From a virus, in IMG/VR virus record IMGVR_UViG_3300045988_012363, positions 1-6,152 of that record: a stretch of DNA of 6,152 bases; one strand, 5' to 3'. The notes beneath the pieces are model-generated. The model was not told where the DNA came from. It ran no database searches and saw only the letters and a list, made by a program, of their open reading frames with translations. Positions 1 through 4,008 of the stretch are shown here, in pieces. Every line of letters begins with the position of its first letter. Position 1 is the first letter of the stretch. A program made the position numbers and the translations under genes.

Positions 1-501
1 ATCTACGTTTTCATCCCTAAAAAATTCGTTCCAGATTTTTACATACGCTCTAATAGGCAGCGCGTTGACTTCGAATTTTCCTTTTACTTTTGTCGGCACT
101 CCCATGTAGTCTAAAATTGAGCCTTCGTTTGGGAGGCTTGTTTCTTTTGTACCGTTTATTTTGATCTGTGGCACTTTATATGTCTTTGTTGGCATCCATG
201 GCGTTTCCTCTACTTCTCCCATGAATTGCTTGAAATTATCCCATAGGATACGGTTTGGACAATAGAAATAGTAGAAGTCAATGAATGCATCGTCCATCAC
301 TGGATACTTCGGTGTACTCATTCGAATGATTGCTGCTGTATTTACGTTGAAGGTATCGCCCGGTAATACCTCGTCAACATAGAATGGAATCAGCTTGCCG
401 GAATCGAACGTTGTTAAAATTGTCTGGTCGCGGTTAAACCTCGTTCGACTTGCTTTCATTTCTGGAATCTGATTAAAGTGTCTTTCGTTGTTTCGATTCA
501 C
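1..501 (-). CDS. VP1: Major capsid protein (VP1 / phiX174 F-like), N-terminal 167 codons. The gene wraps the circular junction and continues at 6053 down to 4881.
   Basis: GTG at 501-499 lies 7 nt downstream of AAGGAGG (complement of 509-515). Hand translation gives VNRNNERHFNQIPEMKASRTRFNRDQTILTTFDSGKLIPFYVDEVLPGDTFNVNTAAIIRMSTPKYPVMDDAFIDFYYFYCPNRILWDNFKQFMGE..., the classic microvirus capsid N-terminus. The frame stays open to base 1 and is in frame with the 4881..6152 ORF (501-99 = 402, a multiple of 3). It is absent from the ORF track only because it has no stop inside the window. An alternative in-frame ATG at 459 has no comparable RBS. Confidence 0.9.
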   Translation of the reverse strand, partial: MNRNNERHFNQIPEMKASRTRFNRDQTILTTFDSGKLIPFYVDEVLPGDTFNVNTAAIIRMSTPKYPVMDDAFIDFYYFYCPNRILWDNFKQFMGEVEETPWMPTKTYKVPQIKINGTKETSLPNEGSILDYMGVPTKVKGKFEVNALPIRAYVKIWNEFFRDENVD

Positions 502-503
502 TT

Positions 504-896
504 TTATTCCTCCTTTGCTTCCGGTTCTGTTTTTGTTTCTGCTGCTGCCATTTTTTGCAGTTCTTCAAGTTTCATGGCGTTTGCCTGTGCGGTCGCTACC
601 ATTCGATGATACTCGTGAATGTTCTGCGGAAATTCCGTAATATCCGTGTATGTATCGTTTAATGCTCCCTCCGACAGACTTTTCAGAAACTGTGGGTCAA
701 AACTTGCTTTTCGGACAATGCTTTTGATATCACATTCATCCGCATAGCTTTCAATTTCCTGTTGGATGTCGATTGGTGCAGTTTCTTGCAGTACTTCTTG
801 CCCTTTTTCGTCCTTTGTCCAGACGTATTGTTTCTGGAATTTTTCTCCGCTTTCAGAAAAGAAGGGCTCTCGCCCTTCTTCATATCGTTTATTCAT
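504..896 (-). CDS. VP3: Internal scaffolding protein (VP3-like), 130 aa
   Basis: This is the in-frame ATG at 896 inside track ORF 504..1016, preceded by GGGAGGG. It overlaps the stop of the upstream gene by 8 nt (889-896), which suggests translational coupling. The product MNKRYEEGREPFF...ECDIKSIVRKASFDPQFLKSL...DITEFPQNIHEYHRM... has an acidic tail. Its position directly upstream of VP1 and the pattern of conserved residues fit gokushovirus VP3 as I recall it. The AAGGAGG for VP1 lies in its last codons. Confidence 0.7.
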   Translation of the reverse strand: MNKRYEEGREPFFSESGEKFQKQYVWTKDEKGQEVLQETAPIDIQQEIESYADECDIKSIVRKASFDPQFLKSLSEGALNDTYTDITEFPQNIHEYHRMVATAQANAMKLEELQKMAAAETKTEPEAKEE

Positions 897-1128
897 TCGG
901 CTTGCCCTCCCACACCTTTTTCTTGTCGTTGGTAAACTCACCGTTTTCGTCTTCAAACTCTGCCAACTTAAAGCCGGCGTAGTCACCAGGTGCCTGTCCG
1001 ACAAACGTTTTTTCATCCTTCGCCATTACGTTGCACATACGTGCAAAGGTTGCATCGTTCTTGCTCTCGCCTACCCATGCATAGCACTTTGCTACACTGT
1101 CCCACAGGCCAAAATATTCATGCTTCAT
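889..1128 (-). CDS. Small conserved non-structural protein (gokushovirus VP5-like), 79 aa
   Basis: ATG at 1128 follows GAAGGAGAG (complement of 1137-1145). The product is MKHEYFGLWDSVAKCYAWVGESKNDATFARMC...PGDYAGFKLAEFEDENGEF. This follows the pattern aromatic-x-x-D-x-x-A...N-D-x-x-A/F-x-R-M...P-x-D-Y...F-D/E-D-x-x-G that I recall for the small conserved protein of gut gokushoviruses. The family assignment is from memory and is not verified. Confidence 0.65.
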   Translation of the reverse strand: MKHEYFGLWDSVAKCYAWVGESKNDATFARMCNVMAKDEKTFVGQAPGDYAGFKLAEFEDENGEFTNDKKKVWEGKPNE

Positions 1129-1145
1129 GATGTTTACTCTCCTTC

Positions 1146-1247
1146 TTACAGCCGGATGCCACCGCGCATAGGTTTCTGGCTAAGGTTGATGGTTTTGGTT
1201 TTTCGTGCGGTTACGTTGAACATCCGGCGATCTTTTGCGCCGCTCAT
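1146..1247 (-). CDS. 33-aa highly basic peptide, putative DNA-condensing/packaging protein (phiX174 J / Chlamydia-phage ORF8 analogue)
   Basis: Hand translated as MSGAKDRRMFNVTARKTKTINLSQKPMRGGIRL, with stop TAA at 1146-1148. The ATG at 1247 lies 4 nt after the upstream stop (1252-1254), so translation may be coupled; there is no strong SD. It exactly fills the only gap between two genes. The K/R-rich sequence with a C-terminal RGGIRL matches my recollection of small basic microvirus peptides. It is too short for the ORF track. Confidence 0.6.
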   Translation of the reverse strand: MSGAKDRRMFNVTARKTKTINLSQKPMRGGIRL

Positions 1248-1251
1248 TACT

Positions 1252-1479
1252 TTACGATGTCTCGCCATTGTTGTACTCCCTTCTCATTAGTTCTAGTTCG
1301 ATGGCATTTGCAAAGTTTTTCATTTGCCAAATTTCTTCTGCTAGCTTTTTAGCGTCTTCGATGTTTGATACTTTTTTAAGCATCTTGTATTCGCCGTCAA
1401 TTTCTTTGTACTTTCGTTCGAGCAGGATTTCCAATGCTTCTTTGGTCTGGTCTCTTACGTTCCATGTTTTGTGCATCAT
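1252..1479 (-). CDS. Hypothetical protein, 75 aa, predicted mostly helical
   Basis: ATGATG at 1479-1474 lies within track ORF 1252..1548 and is preceded by AAGGAG (in the last codons of the upstream gene) with a 7-nt spacer. The product is MMHKTWNVRDQTKEALEILLERKYKEIDGEYKMLKKVSNIEDAKKLAEEIWQMKNFANAIELELMRREYNNGETS. I recognise no family. Confidence 0.6.
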   Translation of the reverse strand: MMHKTWNVRDQTKEALEILLERKYKEIDGEYKMLKKVSNIEDAKKLAEEIWQMKNFANAIELELMRREYNNGETS

Positions 1480-1483
1480 GGCT

Positions 1484-1606
1484 TTACTCCTTTTCGTTTT
1501 CGTTGATGCTATCATGCAGTGCGTGATAGATCTCGTCAAGCTTTTCAAGAATCTGCATCATGATGCGGATCGCCTGCTTGACATCCTTAATGGAAATCAG
1601 TGCCAT
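1484..1606 (-). CDS. Hypothetical protein, 40 aa
   Basis: The internal ATG at 1606 of track ORF 1484..1681 lies 1 nt after the peptidase stop (1608-1610). It is preceded by AAAGGGGG (complement of 1613-1620). The product is MALISIKDVKQAIRIMMQILEKLDEIYHALHDSINENEKE. Using the longer track start would force a 74-nt overlap with the peptidase gene and has no RBS. Confidence 0.5.
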   Translation of the reverse strand: MALISIKDVKQAIRIMMQILEKLDEIYHALHDSINENEKE

Positions 1607-1607
1607 T

Positions 1608-2000
1608 TTATACCCCCTTTCTGTATTTTTCATTTCGTGTGTCGAAATGTACCCAGTTGTCATATACGATGATACCGCCACTGTTTGGTACGATGCTGTT
1701 TAGCACTTTTGCAAGTTCCTTTGGCGTCACTCCGTTCGCTCTGATGTCTGCTGCCATGCCTCTTGTATGGTAGCTGTATTTTGCTCCTCCTACTTTTTGG
1801 TTGTGGCTTACTGTGCGGTATCCGCTTGTGATTACAATCGGTTTATTGATTTTTTTTCTTGCGATCTCTAGAATGATTGCCAAATAATCGTCAATGAATA
1901 CGATCGGTGTTCCGTCTTTGCATGCGAACTCTTTTACCTTGAAGTGGTCTGTAACTTGTTCGTTTCCTTGCTCTCCTGCTAGATATGCTTTGATTTCCAT
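1608..2000 (-). CDS. Peptidase M15A-type (Peptidase_M15_3, LAS-fold zinc D,D- or L,D-peptidase) cell-wall hydrolase, 130 aa
   Basis: The product contains ...KEFACKDG...PIVITSGYRTVSHNQKVGGAKYSYHTRGMAADI...WVHFD. This is the SGYR...N...GG...S-x-H-x-x-G-x-A-x-D plus distal H pattern of the M15A/LAS zinc peptidases. The putative Zn ligands are H78 (1767-1769), D85 (1746-1748) and H118 (1647-1649). No N-terminal signal peptide or transmembrane segment is visible. Confidence 0.85.
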   Translation of the reverse strand: MEIKAYLAGEQGNEQVTDHFKVKEFACKDGTPIVFIDDYLAIILEIARKKINKPIVITSGYRTVSHNQKVGGAKYSYHTRGMAADIRANGVTPKELAKVLNSIVPNSGGIIVYDNWVHFDTRNEKYRKGV

Positions 2001-2023
2001 GTTTTATTCTCTCTTTCGTCTTT

Positions 2024-2051
2024 ATTTTATCATGTTTTTGATTTTTGTCAA
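2024..2051 (-). promoter_or_regulatory. Putative internal sigma70/sigmaA promoter upstream of the peptidase gene
   Basis: On the minus strand the sequence reads TTGACA (2051-2046), a 16-nt spacer ending in TGA, then TAAAAT (2029-2024). That is a consensus -35, an extended -10 TGn and a 5/6 -10. It sits in the 55-nt gap between the upstream stop (2056-2058) and the ATG at 2000. Confidence 0.55.
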
Positions 2052-2055
2052 TTTT

Positions 2056-2226
2056 TTAAAACTCGAATGTTTGGTCTATTCTGTAAAGCGTTACTTTTGT
2101 TACGTTTGCTTCCTCTCTGCATTTTTTTGCTTTTTCCTTGGCGTCTTTGGTTGTCTCTATCCACGTTCTTTGTTCTTTTGTACCGTTTTTGAAATATACT
2201 CTCACCAAAAATTTGTACTCTTTCAT
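2056..2226 (-). CDS. Hypothetical protein, 56 aa
   Basis: Hand translated as MKEYKFLVRVYFKNGTKEQRTWIETTKDAKEKAKKCREEANVTKVTLYRIDQTFEF, with stop TAA at 2056-2058. The ATG at 2226 is preceded by GAGAGG. The sequence looks like a natural small beta-alpha-beta protein. It is below the ORF-track length cutoff. It competes with the alternative-frame track ORF 2048..2317. Confidence 0.55.
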   Translation of the reverse strand: MKEYKFLVRVYFKNGTKEQRTWIETTKDAKEKAKKCREEANVTKVTLYRIDQTFEF

Positions 2227-2238
2227 ATTGCTTACCTC

Positions 2239-2418
2239 TCAAAACCATGCTATTTTTTTCTCTTTGTCCAATTGATTGATTCTTTGTCTTGTGAGTTGCC
2301 CCGATCGGCTCTCCCACTCGCCCGTTTTTTTGTTTGTGGTGTATGGTTCTCTCATGAATCCACCTATACTAGGTGTGTATCCGATCACCTTTCCTTTTTC
2401 GTTGTATTTGTATGGCAT
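2239..2418 (-). CDS. Hypothetical protein, 59 aa, first gene after the main promoter
   Basis: The internal ATG at 2418 of track ORF 2239..2472 is preceded by AAGGGGG (complement of 2427-2433) with an 8-nt spacer. The longer track start would lie inside the promoter itself. The product is MPYKYNEKGKVIGYTPSIGGFMREPYTTNKKTGEWESRSGQLTRQRINQLDKEKKIAWF. Confidence 0.55.
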   Translation of the reverse strand: MPYKYNEKGKVIGYTPSIGGFMREPYTTNKKTGEWESRSGQLTRQRINQLDKEKKIAWF

Positions 2419-2443
2419 AATGTTTGCCCCCTTTCTATGATCT

Positions 2444-2486
2444 ATTATATCACAGAATTTTACATTTGTCAAGTTTTTATTTTTTG
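2444..2486 (-). promoter_or_regulatory. Consensus sigma70/sigmaA promoter with extended -10 and an A/T-rich UP-like tract; likely the main phage promoter
   Basis: On the minus strand the sequence reads AAAAAATAAAAAC-TTGACA (2472-2467), a 17-nt spacer ending in TGA, then TATAAT (2449-2444). Both hexamers are perfect, the spacing is optimal and a TGn extension is present. It lies at the boundary between the gene-free region and the first gene of the co-oriented gene string. Confidence 0.75.
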
Positions 2487-2587
2487 CGCAGGTCTTGCTC
2501 CTTTGTTTTGAATGGCGCTTTAGCGCCTTGCCGTGCGTAGCGTATGCGGAGCTCGGCTAATCCATTCCTTGTTAGCGCTGTGCGCGT

Positions 2588-2699
2588 TTTCAACACTTTC
2601 AACACTTTCAACAGGTTTTCCACAAAATGTTGCACAATGATTTTCGGCATTTTGACGAACTTTCAACATTTCAACAATTTTTCAACAAATCTTTCAACA
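2588..2699. repeat. Array of seven exact TTTCAACA octamers (TGTTGAAA on the gene strand), all in the same orientation, in two clusters
   Basis: Exact copies lie at 2588-2595, 2597-2604 and 2606-2613 (period 9). Four more lie at 2661-2668, 2669-2676, 2680-2687 and 2692-2699 (periods 8, 11 and 12). Degenerate copies are TTTTCCACA at 2616-2624, TTTCAACT at 2746-2753 and TTTTCCACT at 2753-2761. Confidence 0.9.
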
Positions 2700-2842
2700 G
2701 TGTTTTTTGCTTTTTATTTACGCTTTAGCGTTAAATTTTAGTACTTTTCAACTTTTCCACTACCTCTACTACTACTCCTACAACAAGTTATATATTATAC
2801 AGCGCTTGTGAGCTTGCGAACAATAGCGCTAGCGCTCTATAG

Positions 2843-2885
2843 CGCGCGTGCGCGCGTGCGCGTTTCGCGCGCGTGCGCACGCGCG
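2843..2885. repeat. GC-rich inverted repeat forming a hairpin of alternating purine-pyrimidine sequence
   Basis: The sequence is cgcgcgtgcgcgcgtgcgcg-ttt-cgcgcgcgtgcgcacgcgcg. The stem has 20 paired positions (2843-2862 with 2866-2885): 18 Watson-Crick pairs and two G-T appositions (2854/2874 and 2857/2871). The loop is 3 nt. Both arms alternate purine and pyrimidine without interruption. Confidence 0.9.
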
Positions 2886-2903
2886 ATAAAGTATATCTAC
2901 TTG

Positions 2904-2921
2904 ATAGACTGAATAGACTGA
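2904..2921. repeat. Perfect tandem duplication of the 9-mer ATAGACTGA
   Basis: The copies are at 2904-2912 and 2913-2921. They overlap the 3' end of the first copy of the decamer TACTTGATAG (2898-2907). Confidence 0.9.
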
Positions 2922-2944
2922 TACATGGTGTCTTTAGACGACAA

Positions 2945-2978
2945 TAGCCCAGTACCTTACTTGATAGGTACTGGGCTA
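2945..2978 (-). terminator. 13-bp perfect hairpin with an 8-nt loop just downstream of the VP4 stop; candidate transcription terminator and/or replication-origin hairpin
   Basis: The stem pairs tagcccagtacct (2945-2957) with aggtactgggcta (2966-2978). The loop is tacttgat (2958-2965). On the gene strand it starts 11 nt after the VP4 stop and is followed by TTGTCGTCT, which is only a weak U-tract. The terminator call is therefore tentative. Confidence 0.45.
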
Positions 2979-2988
2979 GGTGACACCG

Positions 2989-4008
2989 TTAGAGTGTCCC
3001 TTTCTTTTTCATCTGCTTCTTGATCACTCTCTCTTTTGTTTTACACTGTTCTGCAAAGTCTGTGTTTTCGTACTTTAGTCTGTTTTCTGCAATTGCTGCT
3101 GCTTGTCTGTTCTGTTTAATTTTCCACAACCTTTGTGGGTTTTCAGCTTCCATCATTTTTTCATAATAACGTGGAATTTGTGCGTGCTTGCCGTTTGTGC
3201 ATTGGATATATCCTTGCCGCCAGATCTCTGCTTTGTGCTCTTGATAATAGTGATCGCCTAAACCCGGTTTGAGGCTCATACATGCGAATGGTTTTGTTTG
3301 CCCTAGCTCGTAGTATGCGTTTGCTTTTTGACCGTCTATCTCATACATTTTTTTTGTGACGTATCCTGCAACATATCTATATGTTTCTGGCACTGCTTGC
3401 GCTATCTGTATTTGACCCATGCCCCATAGGTCTTCTAGCCATTTACTTGTAAAGTATCCGTTGTGTTGTATCTTGTATAGGTGTTCTAGATCTGTTGGTT
3501 GCCATCCATACAGTATCATGTGATAGTGCGGTCTTGCTGTCTGTTCTCCGTATTCTCCCGCTACAAAATAGCGTAATTTGCCCCCATAAGCCTTCCTGAG
3601 ACGTTTTAAGAATTTTTGAATGTCAGTATATAGCAACGTTTGGACGCTTTCAGGGCGCTTCTCTCCCGGTTTCCAGACGTATTGTACTTTTCGCATGATT
3701 TCGCCTGTGTTTATTATCATGCCCGGTACATGATCATCATCATAGGTTAATGTTATAAACCAAACTTCTTCTTTTGGATAATCTCGTGCTTCTAATTCTA
3801 TTCGTGTTGTCCAATCCTCCCTTTGTCTGATTCTACATCCGATACATTGTCCACATGGTATCAACATGACATTTTTTTTGTACATCAGGTCTTCATATTT
3901 TAGCTGTTTTCCCGCTAACTGAGAAAAGCGGGAGAGTGAGTACACCCTCCCGCTAATGTTTTTGTCGTTAGGGTTGTACAGCCTTATTAATGGCTTGTAA
4001 CAACTCAT
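2989..4008 (-). CDS. VP4: Rolling-circle replication initiation protein (VP4 / phiX174 A-like HUH endonuclease), 339 aa
   Basis: The three microvirus Rep motifs are present. They are FITLTY, the HUH motif PHYHMILYG (H-Y-H at 3520-3528), and the double-tyrosine motif YVAGYVTKK (Y212 at 3373-3375, Y216 at 3361-3363; compare phiX174 A YVAKYVNKK). There is also an N-terminal CGQCIGC cysteine cluster. Its ATG overlaps the VP2 stop as ATGA (4005-4008). Confidence 0.95.
   Translation of the reverse strand: MSCYKPLIRLYNPNDKNISGRVYSLSRFSQLAGKQLKYEDLMYKKNVMLIPCGQCIGCRIRQREDWTTRIELEARDYPKEEVWFITLTYDDDHVPGMIINTGEIMRKVQYVWKPGEKRPESVQTLLYTDIQKFLKRLRKAYGGKLRYFVAGEYGEQTARPHYHMILYGWQPTDLEHLYKIQHNGYFTSKWLEDLWGMGQIQIAQAVPETYRYVAGYVTKKMYEIDGQKANAYYELGQTKPFACMSLKPGLGDHYYQEHKAEIWRQGYIQCTNGKHAQIPRYYEKMMEAENPQRLWKIKQNRQAAAIAENRLKYENTDFAEQCKTKERVIKKQMKKKGTL

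Noticed and set aside
683-883. A 66-aa alternative-frame minus ORF inside VP3, and the 117-aa alternative-frame minus ORF inside VP1 (4969..5322).
   Set aside because: Both are embedded in strongly supported genes. They have basic low-complexity products and no recognisable RBS or motif. They are treated as frame artefacts.
2048-2317. An 89-aa very basic minus-strand ORF overlapping two small genes in another frame. It could be a phiX-style overlapping gene or a J-like DNA-binding protein.
   Set aside because: I saw no SD upstream of its ATG at 2317. It bridges the SD-backed 59-aa and 56-aa genes, and its K/R/N/Q richness is expected from frame-shifted reading of A-rich sequence. Overlapping genes do occur in this family, so it is not excluded, but nothing supports it positively.
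504-2472. Longer N-terminal extensions given in the ORF track for 504..1016, 1252..1548, 1484..1681 and 2239..2472.
   Set aside because: In each case an internal ATG has a properly spaced SD and abuts or slightly overlaps the upstream stop. The longest-ORF start lacks an RBS and would overlap the upstream gene, or in the last case the promoter hexamers. The extension sequences also look non-protein-like.
2588-2699. The octamer array read as a CRISPR array or a minisatellite.
   Set aside because: The repeat unit is only 8 nt, with 0-4 nt between copies inside clusters. There are no spacer-sized unique segments and no cas genes. The structure fits protein-binding iterons, not CRISPR.
2544-2741. 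The 65-aa plus-strand ORF across the intergenic repeats, with a repetitive FNTFNTFNRF...FQHFNNF sequence.
   Set aside because: The periodic peptide simply reflects translation of the TTTCAACA DNA repeats. It is on the non-coding strand and has no SD before the ATG at 2544. The open frame is explained by the stop-poor repeat composition.
2766-2776. A CTACTACTACT trinucleotide run (TAGTAGTAG on the gene strand, three in-frame stops), and a 9-codon GTG-initiated mini-ORF just downstream on the gene strand.
   Set aside because: The run is too short to call a microsatellite. The mini-ORF has its GAGG only 2-3 nt from the GTG. I found no basis for a function beyond noting that it closes one reading frame in the noncoding region.
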